Below, piece after piece: positions 48,591 through 61,820 of a stretch of 64,000 nucleotides of DNA. The DNA is from Azolla caroliniana. Its lineage: Eukaryota > Plantae > Polypodiophyta. Made by a program: the position numbers and the translations under genes. The first letter of the stretch is position 1; every line of letters starts with the position of its first letter. The stretch is from assembly GCA_043228905.1 (NCBI GenBank), contig JBHGNT010000003.1, forward strand, positions 14,570,001 through 14,634,000, given 5' to 3'. The notes under the pieces were generated by a model. It worked only from the letters and a program-made list of their open reading frames with translations. It was not told the DNA's origin and did no database searches.

Positions 48591-51560
48591 ACATTTCTTT
48601 GGTCCGGCCTTAATTCCTTTGCAATGGAGAGAAAACGAGGTTCTGACGTCGTACCCATGTTTAGTTCTTCCAGGGCTGAGGTGGTGACTCGCCGTGAAAT
48701 TTCCATTTCCCTCTCAAACGCTACCAGTGCTTTGCTTAGTTCTAATATTGCGTCCGGGTTTCGTTCGTAAGCCTCGTCGTGGAGTGTAGTAGCCGTGGCA
48801 TATTCCGTCGCGGTTTCGATGACGTCGATTTCGAACTGCGGAAAAATCTGAGGGTGCTCGTCTAGGTATGCTTCTAATTCTGTATCCTCCACCCCAGCCA
48901 ACATATTTATATCGTCCGCGTACAATGGTGTTATACCCTTGGATGTGTTGCCCTTTCCTCCGTTGGTACGCGGACCTTGGTGCGTCCGCGTCGAAAACTG
49001 ATACACTTGTGTTGCCAGCTCTACTTGATATTCGTTGAACGAAGCCACCGTCTACCCAGCAGCACAAGGTACGCCCCTGGGGCATCCAGGGTGAGGATAA
49101 CCGCCGAGATGTCGAAGTGATGTCCGCCCACGATAATGCCTACCTTGCGTATCAACCCCAATGGTTGTACCAGAACGGGCAAGCCTCCCATTCTGAAATT
49201 CCCAATTGTTCACATGTCTTCGCGTTGATTACATTAACGCATGAGCCGCCATCGATTACGCATCCTATGATTTCCTGGCCGTGTAATATCAACTTCATAA
49301 CCGGGTTGTGGTGATCTACTACTGACGGTCCATCGCTAATGTCCGTGAAATTCGTGTCGACGCTTACCCCAAGTCTGCCCGTCACCCGCTCTTCCACGGC
49401 CTGGCGGAATCGTGGGACTAGTTGTAGCAGCTTCTCCATGGTTAACGTTATCTCGCAGGCAGCCAATGCTTGCCAAATGGGGTCTGAGGATGGTCCCTCG
49501 TCATCCAATAGCTCCCCCGTGGTTGCAGACTCCTTCCGCATGCACTCCGTATTTTCCGTGTTTGCTTTTTCAACCCATGCTTGGGTTGTTCGCCGTATCT
49601 CATCTTGCGCACGTTTTTGTTTGCTGACGGGTCATGACTTGCTACACTTCCGCCATAATCATATTGACGGCGGGCCCCTTGCCCTTATGTAATGGGCATT
49701 GTGTGGCATAATGGCCGGGCTATTGATAAACAAAACAATGGATGCTAGATTCTCCCTTCTCGGCCCTTGGTGGTGTGTACCGATCCCCCGGTGCTACTTG
49801 CTCCTCCCGGTCCTGCTTCGTTTGTTGGAGGGTACGCGGTGGTTGTTGTTGGTCCCGGCGTGGTTCCTGGTGCTGGTCATCATCTGAGCTTTCGTCATAT
49901 CGCCGGTGGTTCCGATATTGCCGATGCTTTCCACGAGGTCCATTGAAGCCACCACGTTTGTTTGTCAGCCGGTAATTCTCATAGCGCCGGCCCCCTTTAT
50001 TATATCTGGGGTGGCCACAATAGTCATCATCCTCCAACTCGTCTTCCTCGGAATCGTTGTGATTCCGGCGATTACGGTAGTGTCGGTCGTCGCGTGGATT
50101 GCGATCCAGATACCATGGTCGGTCTTCCTGCCTTCTTTGTTCATTATGGCCTGGGGGACGTTGCGTACTGTGGATGTTACTATGTTCAACATATTGTACT
50201 TGCATTGCTCAACTGTGTGAGCTTTTGAGTAACAGATTTGATAGTGGATTCGCATGTTGCACTCCACTGCGGAATGTCCTGCATTCAAACAAATCGTGCA
50301 CTGGATCGCTTGACGAAAATGCCGTTCCTCATCGTGAGATAATGCTTGTCGTAATGAGGACATGGAAAACCTTTCCTCTTCTTCGTCCAACTCGAGTTGT
50401 AGCGCTCTTTCTATGACCATATCGGCCGTTTCCCCTTTCACGCTATTGTTGTTGAGTGTTGTCCGTATGGGTCAGCGTAATGCTGCTAGAAATGTCTCCC
50501 TGGCCTCGTCCTCCATCGGGCCCCATTCTAATTTTCGCCGTAGATTTTGGAAACGTAAGCTGAAATCCGCGATCGTCTCTGTCGGCAGATACTTAATTGT
50601 AGAAAGTAACGTGCGGAAGCAAGTATGAAGACCGAACAGAAGGAAGGAAACTCAGGTTCAATGGAGAGCTTGAGCTTACACGGTATACGCAGGAGAGACA
50701 GAGAGAGTGAGAGAGAAGACACAAAAAATATAAAGAAGTACACAATCTCTATTCAACACTCTCTATACATATGTGTGTTCCATGAACACTTTTATACAAG
50801 TCCTCGAAGGACTAACCGAAGTACTGACCGTACTTCAATGCTCTTTAAGAGCTCCTACACTAACTCCCAAATATATTCCTCACGGAATATCTTTCCTAAC
50901 GGCCTCCCGGTTTATGCACTCAGCCTAACCGATCGGTCCCAACCGATCCGGTCCTCGGCTTCTTCAGCCGATCCGGCCAATGTTGAGCTTGTCTCTCAAC
51001 ATTAATTGTGTAGAACTGCCCGAGGATCTCGTGTTGCAACACCCTCCGATGAAAGAACCGCAAAAAGGTGGACTGCAGCTGATCGAAGGTCGTGATTGCT
51101 GGCCGATCCATTTGCGAATGCCAAAACGCCGCTCTTCCATCCAATGTTAAGCCAAACTCTGTCATTTGGGACTGGTGTGCTACTGCCTCAGAAAGGCTTT
51201 GCGCCATGTGGTTTGCATTCTAGACATTGAGGAACAAGCATATGTGGGTTGCGGCGTCGGTCTCGTCGTTAAAGCGGGGATAGGCAAAGGCCATGTTGGG
51301 TGCTACGGCGGGCAGGGCAAGGTGTTGTTGTGGTGAGCACTCTTCCCATGTATCGCCGAGATATTTGGAGAGCGAGAAGTCGCCTTTGTGGTCCCGGCAA
51401 GTAGTACTGAGGTCGCTGAGGCGAGGCTTTTGCGGTGCGCGTTCCTCTGCCTGGCGTGTAATGGACCTTGTGATTGGCCGGTCTTGTCGTGTTGGTTCTC
51501 TGGGGTGTCTGCGGCTAAACATCCATCCGTCACTGTTCGTCTGTGAGAAGACACAGATCA
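48591..51560 (-). pseudogene. B2 gag-protease remnant
   Basis: CTICLNAGHSAVEC, CVIDGGS, WEACPFW; homologous to B3 at 34000-36200. Confidence 0.8.
50598..51001 (-). repeat. Solo LTR (404 bp), related to the LTR of Copia remnant F
   Basis: TG...CA with perfect TSD TTAAT; shares CAGGTTCAATGG and TATACAAGTCCTC motifs with 52590-52750 in reverse. Confidence 0.88.
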
Positions 51561-52543
51561 CCAAGTGTGCCAAAAGTGTTACAGACTAGGAACACGGTCT
51601 ATGATCAGTCCTTCGACCTAGACCTCCAAGTGATTGTGTGACAACGAATGGTAGCGTCTGTGCGTAATACTTAGTGGGATATTCCCCGCAACCTAGCAAC
51701 GTATAAGGGAGACGGCTACAACTGAGCTCCTTAGACAGTGGGCTAGCGCACACAACGTTACTTACTCCTACGCTCTCAAGAATTATAGACACACAGTAGA
51801 TTAGCCGCAACTACACACAGATATCCGAGAAGATGGAAATCTATTACGATACGCCTCTTACATTCAAAATTACACACTACCTCTATCAGAGGTTTTCTGC
51901 CCTTTATATACGCAAGTTCTTTTAGCCGTTCACACTTCCCATGTGAACCCTTACATGCGTTACAAAATTATTCTATTCCATATTACTACGCTCTTGCCTG
52001 TCGGTTACTATTCCGGCAGATAACACGAAGTGTTGTCGGACTGGGACCGAGCTCTTCTCCTCCGTCTCTCTCTGTATTTTGCTTTGTGCAAGTTTTCGGG
52101 AAGCTGACTCTGCTCCGCGGAACGCTCGAGTGCTTCCGACAGAGTCTCCATCTCGCTCTTCTGTGTGCGTGTGCGTAGGCGTAGGAGATTTGTCGCTCAC
52201 CGGCCTGCCGGTTGTAACCCCTTTTTAATCAGAATATATATATACATATATGCATTCGTCTTGTTTCCGTTGTTTCATTTGGTTGCGGTTTCTGTGTATC
52301 TGTGTGTGTGTGTGTGGAAGCACGACCATTGTCTTTCTTGCTCCTACTCCTAATCGGTCATTCCTTGGTCCAAGATCCCCGTGGTCCCGCGTCGTTCTAT
52401 ACGCACGCACATAACAACGCGACAACGCTTTGCTTTGTAAGCCTGTTACGCTTCGCGCACCTACGGATCTATTCCTTGCACCGCAATCACCTTGAAGTCT
52501 ACCTCGAAGGACTGAGAGTATACAGTGTTCCTAATCGGTAACA

Positions 52544-53931
52544 CTTGTAGCAACTCGTATGCGCATTGAAGTACATAGTACTTCTGTCAGTCCTTTTGAG
52601 GACTTGTATAAATAGTGTTGTTTAGCTTGTTGTATATACAGAGTTTTACAAAGTGATACATTGTGTTATTTTTTAATAGAGTTTATGTTATGCTCTCTCT
52701 GTCTCTCCCGTGTATATTAAATACTCTCAAGCTTCCATTGAACCTGTGTTTTTATTCTCTGTTGCTACCCAGCTCAACCGGTTTTGTCAAGCTTCCACAC
52801 GCTAACTTTTACAACTTCTGTAAAGACACTATTGAGCAAGCAAGCTCAATAGTATCTTTACGGCTGAACATGCCAAGACTCGGACCGGATGAAGAGCCGG
52901 ATTCATAGGGCCGGATCAGGAGATCTGGACCCATGGATGAACCAATGGGTTCATGTTGTTCTGTTCTCTTTGTCTCTCCTATGTAATCTCTGTATTTCTC
53001 CGCACTTAGTGAAGCTTCCATTTTACCGGCATATATTTAATGTTCATAACCGGTGAAGTCAGTATTGTCTACGAGATTTCGCACTTAACTTGTTTCATGG
53101 TATTAGAGTGTGAGTGTTGAAAATCCTCAACTGCCGACAAAAAGCACTAGGTAGATGAAAACCTAACTTCCGGTAAAGAGCATATAGAAGAAGGAAATGG
53201 GTAGAGGAATGGTTAGCTCGCTTCTGACGAATAAGCTCAACAGAAATAACTATGCATCTTGGTCATTACAAGATGCAACAATACCAGCTCAGACACGGAT
53301 ACTGGAGCTATGTCGAGGGAGCGAATGACGTAATGCCGGATCCGACACACAAGGACTTCCCGTCATGGGAGCAAGGAGTGATCAGAGTATTATCGCATCC
53401 TATGTGGATGACCAAATGCTCAACTACATTAAGGATGCAAAAGTGCCAAAAGAAGCTTGGGAATATTTGAAGAGGATTTTCGCGGCAAGAACCATGGCCT
53501 GGAAGTTGCAACTCTAACAAGAACTCAACAACATTCGACAATGGGATATGTCGGTTATTGACTATACCACCAACATAAAGGAGATCTGTGATGCGCTGGG
53601 GTCCATCAATGTGACAGTGGACAAAGAGGAAATGGTCCAGATCTGCCTCAGTGGTTTAGGCAACGGTATGGGCCTACCCAGTCGGCGATTTGCACCCAAG
53701 AGAATCGATCGTCCTTCTTCGATTTGCAATCGATGCTGATGCTCGAAGGCAGTCGAACTAGGGGTGTGATCGGAGAACATACGCAACGGATAAAGGAAGG
53801 GTGACCGGATCAGGCAACGATGTTCAGGAGAACCGATCGGGGGAGAAAGGCGCAAACGTCGGATACGGTTGATCGGATGGAGCCGACGGATCGGGGCCGG
53901 TAACGAGCCGGCGAGACGGTCGGGTGCTGGT
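52544..53931 (+). mobile_element. Copia remnant 'F' (3' part of 5' LTR, PBS, decayed gag)
   Basis: LTR ends TTTCA at 53097; PBS TGGTATTAGAG; Copia gag-like MSVIDYTTNIKEICDALGSINVTVDKEEMVQICLSGL. Confidence 0.75.
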
Positions 53932-54228
53932 TGTTGGGATTACGGTCCCTCCGGATGGGATGGTCGGATGTCCGGGAATACGGATGATGAAGACCCCGGC
54001 TACGGAGCCGGATGATGAAGACCCCGGCTATGGAGCCGGATGACGAATGTACCCGGAGAGAGATCCGGATGCGGGGACATATTTGTAAATATGTTTGCCA
54101 AGGGTCCTTGAGGCTATATTTGTAAATAGCCCGAAAGTCATATGTGTATAAATATGACTTAGGGCAAACAGTTTAGTGACTGTTACTCATTTTTCTGTTT
54201 TTCCACTTAGAGGGAGCTAAGTGAGCAG

Positions 54229-54259
<31 letters not shown>

Positions 54260-54523
54260 GAAGAGGTCGTTGCCTCTGTGTAATACCGCCGCTTGTGGCG
54301 AAGACAGTGAGCTCAAGGTTGTTGTCTTGTAGCTTCACCATTGTACATCTCTGTCTATAGTGATAGTTGGAGTTTGAGGACTCCCGTGGTTTTTCCCATT
54401 TAGGGTTTTTCCACGAAAAACATCCTGTGTACTCTTCTCTCTATTGTCTTCGTGCATTTTGTATTTCCTGTTTTCTGTGAGTTGATCCTATTCCTCGGTT
54501 GTGGCCGAGCACTGTGTCCGACA
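53932..54523 (+). repeat. Solo LTR related to the intact Copia element
   Basis: TGTTGGGATTACGGTCCC...CCGACA; homologous to the reverse complement of 1216-1814; perfect TSD CTGGT. Confidence 0.92.
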
Positions 54524-54528
54524 CTGGT

Positions 54529-54689
54529 AAGGCGGAGGACCCGGTTAATCACCATTGCCAAAATCTCTCACCCTAATCCCCTCTTGGCACATACCGATGG
54601 ATGTGCGGTTTTCTTGGCATCCCTTTCTCCCTCGTTAGAGACCCCCGTGGTCCCGCCCATTTGACACGCACTCGCGGATTTTTGTGACA
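54529..54689 (+). repeat. 3' end of a family-C-like LTR
   Basis: CCCCGTGGTCCCGCC...GTGACA resembles the C1 and C4 LTR ends; followed by TCGT and A2 integrase. Confidence 0.55.
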
Positions 54690-57600
54690 TCGTGCAATAT
54701 GCAACATATCTTGCATATCCCGAAGAAAGTTTTGCGTACTTCGCAACTCATCATGATGTATATTAACATCAATCAGGGCTCGTGGCTGAAAACCATATAT
54801 CAACATAAAAGGACTATATCCCGTCGACATATGCTTGGAGCTGTTATAAGCAAACTCCAAAATTGGGAGATAATGTTCCCATTTTGTTGGTTTTGTACCA
54901 ATGTATGCTCGAAGCATGTCCTTAATAATTTGATTTACTCGTTATGTTTGTCCATCGGATTGAGGATGATCTTGTTGAGAAATCGTTGCAGAATATAAAT
55001 CACAATGAACAGACACTACTGAAATACGAATCACAGAAATATGCCAAGAAAAGACAAGATGAACAATGGTGCACAGAGATTTATGTGGAAACCCTAAAAC
55101 GGGGAAAACCACAGGTGAATATATTTCTTCACTATACAAAGTGGATATACAACACCGAGAGAAATACAACACTCTATCGAGTGTATCAGCCGCGTTTGTT
55201 GTTACTCACACAACTATGGCGTGGCTCTACCTTCTCTCTCACTCCCTATCTTCCTGTTTCTATAGTTCTAACTCTATTCATCTCACTAACACACTGACTA
55301 AAAGTTTGCCCTAGTTGCATATATACTTACGCAAATTTCCAGTGTTACTCACACAACTATGGCGTGACTCTACCTTCTCTCTCACTCTCTATCTTCGTAT
55401 TTCTACAGTTCTAAGTCTATTCATCTCACTAACACACTGACTAAAAGTTTTCCCTAGTTGCATATATACTTACGCAAATATCTGGTTATTTACATACGTA
55501 GCCCTCATGGAGTGCACACTTAGACTATTTACAAGTATAGTCTCCCGAGTTGGCTATTTACACGATTTCGGTTCCTCATCAACTCGGCTCCTGTTTTCCG
55601 ACTCTTCGACGGTCGGCTTTCCGAACTGTCGGGTCATCCTCCCACTGGAGGGACATATTCCCAACAAATCCGTGGAGCTCATGCTCAACGAAGTTTCTAA
55701 CTTCTTAAAGACTTGCATCCAGAAGTCACTAGTAAATTTTGGATCTCGATCACTCACGATATCCATCGGTAACCCATAAAAACGAAATAACTCGTCAACG
55801 AATTGGTAAGCCAATTCAGGAGCTGTTACTGTGGTTTTGGTAGAAATAAATCTGGCTATTTTAGTTAGTCTATCAACCACAACCCAGATGGCATCATGGC
55901 CTTTTTGGGTGCGAGGAAGGCTAACAATAAAATCCATGGATATACTTTCCCACTTATTATCGGGAATGTCCAAGGGATGTAAAAGTCCTGTGACTTTAAG
56001 TCGCTCGGCTTTGTTAACCTGGCATTGGTGACATTTAGTCACATAGCTATGTATGTCAGGGTGCATCTTAGGCCAATAGAATTGAGTGGAGATGAGAACG
56101 AGTGTACGATGTATTCCAGGGTGTCATGGTGAAGGTGCATCATGGCATTAAAAAAGAATCCTCTTTTTTACCTCGGGTAAATCTGGAACACAAACCTTCC
56201 CATTACGGTAGAGCAGACCGTTAGCAAAGTGGAAGGATTCCTTCGAGGATGTGGTGGTGTCAGTTCCAAACTCAACTCTTGCCCAATATTTTGCAAAATA
56301 ATTGTCATCAAGATACTTTCCTCGAAGGTGATGATAAAGATCTGATGTTATTTCAGTGAAGCTAAGCATGTTAACTTCACGGATGCAATTTAGTGCATCG
56401 GCGACAATGTTAATATCGTATGGAAAAATCAAAGTCCTAGATGAGATCAACCCATCATGCCTGATGACCTTTCAGGTCTTGTTGGTCACAAAAATATTTC
56501 AAGGACTCGTGGTCCGTAGTTACCACAAAGCGATTTCCATAAAGATAATGGCGCCATGTTTTGGGCGCATGTATAACTGCAAATAATTCCTTTTCTTGAA
56601 CGGTATACCGACATTGAGCAGAATCAAGTTTCTTACTCTCGAATGCTATTGGTTTACCATCTTGATATAGCATAATCGCTTGCATCGGTTTCAACCTCAA
56701 AAGGTTTTGAAGGATCAGGTGAAAGAAGTGAAGGAGCCTTGCACACCAGGGCCTTGAATTCCCTAAAGGCGAGGTCTAGTGTAGCATTCCAGACAATAGG
56801 TTATGTACACTTACGTGTTTGACCATTTAAAAGATCAGTAAACGGCTTCGTTAATTGGGAGTAATTACGAAGGGATTTTCGCAAAAACCCAACAAAACCA
56901 AGGAATGATCGAACTTCTCGAATGTTCCGAAGAGTAGGACAAAGCTTGATTTTCTCGATGCGAGAAGGATCAATTTCAACACCTCGTTCAGTTATGAGAT
57001 GTCCAAGATAAGTAATTGATTTCTTGAAGAACTCACATTTTGAGATCTTCGCATAAAATTGTTTGTCACGCAATGTTTGTAAAACAAAGCGAACATGTTC
57101 TTGTAATGTACGGCTATAAACTAAAATATCATCCAAGAAAATAATGACAAAATTTCCAAGTTGTTCTCGGAAAATGTCATTCATTTCATGTTGAAATGTA
57201 GCCGGAGCATTGGTCAAACCAAAAGGCATAACCAAAAACTCATAATGGCCATAGTACGTACGAAATGCCGTTTTAGGAACATCGTCCTCACTTATACGAA
57301 TTTGATGGTAGCCAGTATGAAGATCAAGTTTCGTAAAATACCAAGCTCCCTAGAGACGGTCAATTAGATCGTCAGCCCAGGGCAATGGATACGAATTCTT
57401 GATCGTCACTTTATTCAAGCGTCGGTAATTAATACACATACGCCATGTGCCCTCTTTCTTTTTAACCAAGAGAACTGGTGCACCCCATGGAGATTTACTA
57501 TAACGTATATAACCCATTCGTAAATAGTCCTTGAGTTGCTTAGATACCTCATCCTCTTCGGATCGACTTAAGCGATAAGGAGGTATACTTATTGGTGCAA

Positions 57601-59040
57601 CGCCAGGTACAATATCTATACGATGGTCTATATTACGTTTAGGAGGTAACCCATCTGGTAGTTCACTTGGAAAAACATCACGAAAATCATTTAAGATTCC
57701 ATCAAGTTGTTGTTGTTCAAAATATGTTAATTGAACCGAGACATTATCGATATTGTAAACGTGAATGTCCAGATCAAGTACACAATAAAATAGAGAACAA
57801 GACAACTCAGATATTGATGGAGAGGAAACAATCGAGAGGGATTGTTTTTTTACACATTGAATAAAATGAGTACAATCATTCAGTACAAATGTTATTGAAT
57901 GATGAACCCAATCAATAGATAAAGAAGAGTTTTTATTATAGACCCAGGGATAAGCCAGTATTACATCAGTGGTTCAAAGATTCATTACATGGAAGTCTAC
58001 TTCCTCTATATAAGTATCAATAGAAATTCCTAATGAAATAATCGCCCCGTTGATGTGTTGTACTCCCATTAGCCAAGTGCACCGTATAGCTGTGATCACT
58101 TATGGTGGGTTGGATTCCCCATATCTGAACCAAACAATCGTTCACAAAGTTGTGTGAGCTTCCCGAATCAAACAAAAATTGTACGGGAGATCCATTGATA
58201 TACCTGTTTGCATGTAGTAAATCATTGGGACCCAATACATAGTGAGGGAAAGAATATTGACAATTACTTAAATGATGTGTATAGACTTGAAGGACATTAG
58301 GAATCTGACCTTTATGGTCTATAGATTTAGCTTTGCTGTCATGCTCTTTCCGTTGGAGCTTTCGACATTCCTCTTTTGTATGACCCTTCTTTTTGCAGAA
58401 TACGCAAAAAGGATGTTGTCGCTTACAATCGTGATCCATGAATTCGTTGCGTGTCTTGCATTTCCCAACAAATTGCCACTGCTTAGTCCCGGGCGCTTCG
58501 TTGGGTTTGGTGTGGTACTTCTTCGAAGTGTGTTGATAGCGAAGAACTATTTCAACAACCTCTTCGAAGGATTTTGGATCCTTATTGTGCACTATCTAGT
58601 GATAGTCTGAATTGGGGATGCCATTGACAAAACAAGCTATCAACCAATTGTCCCCTTCTAGACCCGACTTTTGGATTTGGGTTCTAGCATGGTGAACATA
58701 ATCTTCTAGCGAGGAAAATTTCCTGCTAGAGAGGTTCATTAAAGTCTGTGCTGCCTCGGTTCGAGAGGGAGGTTGTAGAAATTGGCCCTTAAAAACTGTG
58801 ACAAAATCTGTCCAGGTATCGGGCAATTTCCCCAAAGTTCAGAGCCCACGCCACTAGGCGGCGGCCTTACCCCCTAGTTCTCGGATGACATATGCAATCT
58901 TCGTACTATCTGGCATGGGATAGAGCTCAAAATGAGACTCCCATTGGCTCAGCCACGTGCAGATTGGCTTAACGACAAACGATGGTTCACCCTGTCGCTC
59001 ATCAAGTCTATTAGTCTCACGTTGTAAGCCAATGACACGT
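54690..59040 (-). mobile_element. Gypsy 'A2', decayed paralogue of A1 (gag to integrase)
   Basis: Colinear with 1-1215 plus 6535-7867; integrase WESISMDFI, VSDRDPKF, HPQSDGQT; many stops and indels. Confidence 0.92.
54973..55666 (-). repeat. Copia-type solo LTR (694 bp) with an internal 143-bp tandem duplication
   Basis: TGTTG...CCCAACA; degenerate TSD GATCT/AATCC; GTGGAAACCCTAAA..GGGGAAAACCAC motif shared with the Copia LTR; duplicated units start at about 55200 and 55343. Confidence 0.85.
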
Positions 59041-59706
59041 TGTCATGACACAAGCAGAATCGGTGCGCCGAAGCATAGGAACCGGCTCTTCATGCACGTA
59101 CGCCTTATGTTGTACATAGTAGATCCTAGGTAGGTAGATTCGGTAGGTAGGAAGTTAATGGGGAACGGCTCCTTCCTTGCCTATAAAAGGAGGGAGACGA
59201 GGAGGGGGGAAGGGATCGCGGATAGAGGAGGATGAAGTGTTGTCGGTTTGTGGAAAAAGGCTTCTCTCTCTCTCCCCCCCAAGCTCCATGGCTTCTTTCT
59301 GTGTAGGTTTCGGGAGGCTCGCGCTGCTCTAAGGAATGCCCGAGTGCTTCCGGCAGCACCTCCAACCTACTCCTTTCTTTCTGTGTGTTTACGAACAGGC
59401 ATCGGCATCTGTTCGCCGGCCTGTTCAGTTGTAACCGACTTCGTGCTTCTTGTTGTTTGTCTTGTTGATATATATATATTTACATACATTCGTGTCTCTC
59501 TGTGTCGGTGTTGCACTTGCGTCTTTGTGTCGAAGGGCCGTGTCCCTGTGAATCTACGCTCGCACATAGTGGGTCCCCTCCCTTCTCCTTTCTCTCTTGC
59601 CCTTCGGTACAAAACCCCCGAGGTCCCGCCTCGTTCCACGCATCCGCGAGGAATACCTCGACATCTTAGTGAACCCGACGTGAAGGAGGCGGCAGAAGAG
59701 CAGAAG

Positions 59707-61820
59707 ATGAGGGGGTCGGATCTTGCAGAGGCCATGGCTTCGGCCGTGGACCGGATATTGAGCGCACGCGAGGGCACCGGCGCCCTCGACAGAGCCATTG
59801 AGGCGGTCGTCGGTATGATCGGCCGGTTCAGCGGAAAGGATGCCATGAAGTATTTGGCGTCCTATGGGGCAGAAATGTTGATGCGGGACATTCCGGAAGA
59901 GAGGCGTCTTGCCGGATTCCCTCGAGTGGCGATGCCGAGCATCCATGCGGAGGTGCTCGAGGTACGGGCGGAGAGCCGTACCTGGGAGGAGTTCGAAGGC
60001 CGACTCCTAGAAAAATACGGGCTGGACGACGCGCTCCGGCTTTCGAAACGGGACTTCATGGAATGGGTGGAGTCCCCTGGCAAGGGAAGAAACGCGTCGG
60101 CACTCCTCCGGGAGTTTGAAGAACGCTTTGCGCGCCTTTCGGCGCTTGACCGAACCATTCTGGATACGAGCCGGGTCCTACTGTTCGTCAAGTCGGTGGA
60201 CGAGTGGGACCGGGATCAAGTCGGCTCCTTGCTGGAAACCGAAGACGGGCTGACGACCGACTGGGCTGCAGTTAAGAGAGTCTGTGGCCGTTTCGACAAA
60301 CGGCGAGAATGGGCTGATAACGGGGCGGCCGGTGCGGGCTCTGTCACAGCAAGGAGGCTTGAACTGGCATCGCAAGGGCGAAGGGCAGAAGCCCGGGAGT
60401 GGCTCGAAACCGGGTCGGCTCCGACCGGCATGGTCAATGTCTCGTCCGGAGGAGCAGCGCTGGAGCAGTTGACGCGGGCTATAAAGGATCTCCAGATCGC
60501 CCAGACTCGAAGGGAAGGCGGCGAACCGGCTCGTGACCGAGGGCCGGTAGCAGGGAACAGGTGCATGTGGTGCGACGAGGTCGGCCACATTCGAAAGGAC
60601 TGCGGCGATTTCGCAGAGGCGTTGAGGAACCGGGTGGTGTACCTATGGGAAGGCCAGGTGCACGCCGGCGATACCAGAAGGGCCCTAAACCGGAATGACG
60701 GGCGAGGAGGTATGAAGAGACTGATGGAAGAGGCAGCGGCCCGACACGTGGAGGCCATCCACTACTCGGCGTCGGCCGGTATTCGGGTCGGGGGCAACGA
60801 GGGCCGAAAGGAGAGCAAAGACGGATTCTGGTCGGCAATGCTGGAAGGCCTCGCCGGCGCATGGCTGAGGAAAGATGAAGCGGACCGCGCTGAGAGACGG
60901 GTCCGGGAAATAACCGGGTGGAGCGACCCGGTCGAGGAGAAGACGGGCTTCGTAGAAGCCGCCTGTCGGAACTACGAGGCTCTAGTAGAAGACAAATGAG
61001 TGGGGAAAGCCGGAGCGGCCGGGCCCTCACAACGATACAAGACCCGATTCGGGCAACGACGGAACGATGCCGGTGGGTTCAGCGCGCAAGATAACCCCAG
61101 GAAGGGCGGATACCGACTGGGGACGGAAATAGAAAGGACCACGGACCTACGAAAGGTCCTAGAAGAACGGATCCTCGACAACAAAGTGGAGCTGTCATTG
61201 CGGGAGGTGCTAGGGATCGCTAAGAAGGAGTTCCACGACTCCATTGTGGACTTGGTGAAGCGAAAGAGGCTGTCAACGGAGACGGAACCGGAAAGACCGG
61301 TGGAGGTGCGGACGACGCACATCGACGACTTGGCGCTGGAAGATGAGTGGGCAGAGAGCCACTATTCGAGGCCACACTGGGCCCGAGCGACCACGGAGAC
61401 CTCGATAAAGATCGGAGATGTTCAGGAACCGGTGGTGGCATTGGTGGACCACGGTTCAGAAATAAACCTGATGTCCATGGACTTCTATAAGAAGGGAAAG
61501 TGGCCGATCAACACCAAGCACGGGTGGAAGATACGGGCGGCGACGCGCGCCACCGAGGAACTGCACGGGACCTGCCCGAACGTGCGAGTCAAGATCGGCG
61601 ACGTCGAGATTGACCAACACTTCTTTGTACAGGAGATGTCATATTAGGGGAATCATACATCACGGCGGCGAGAATGGAGACCAAAGTGCTGGACAATGGT
61701 TCAGCCTACGCGAGGGTCAAAAGCCAGGACGGGCGTCATTCGGTCCAATTTCTGACGGTGCGGCCGAACCACGAGCGAAACCGCGAATCCCTCGGTGGCG
61801 AGAACCGAGAGGATTTTTAG
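59707..61820 (+). pseudogene. gag: C4 gag-protease (one TGA, one frameshift)
   Basis: MRGSDLAEAM..., CMWCDEVGHIRKDC, ALVDHGSEIN. Confidence 0.85.

Larger units (their letters stand above)
17753..52025 (-). mobile_element. Gypsy element 'B2' (Athila/OTA-like), with nested C2, E, B3, C3 and a solo LTR
   Basis: LTRs 17753-18201 and 51577-52025; TSD CGAAG (17748-17752, 52026-52030); gag-PR remnants 48591-51560; integrase about 21270-22357; extra ORF about 18250-21109. Confidence 0.9.
11172..52424 (+). mobile_element. Gypsy element 'C1' (tRNA-Trp primed), 3' LTR split by B2
   Basis: 5' LTR 11172-11836; 3' LTR 17470-17752 plus 52031-52424; flanks ACGT/ACGC. Confidence 0.9.
10117..52543 (+). mobile_element. 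Gypsy element 'B1', 3' end only (extra-ORF tail and 3' LTR split by the 41-kb C1 nest)
   Basis: Extra-ORF homologue 10117-10851. LTR starts TGTTG at 10833, is cut at 11171, resumes at about 52425 and ends GGTAACA at 52543. That end is homologous to the reverse complement of the B2 LTR start at 17753. Confidence 0.8.

Noticed and set aside
59248-59706. N-terminal extension of the 583-aa ORF
   Set aside because: It runs through the LTR and PBS; paralogues indicate the start is MRGSDL at 59707.
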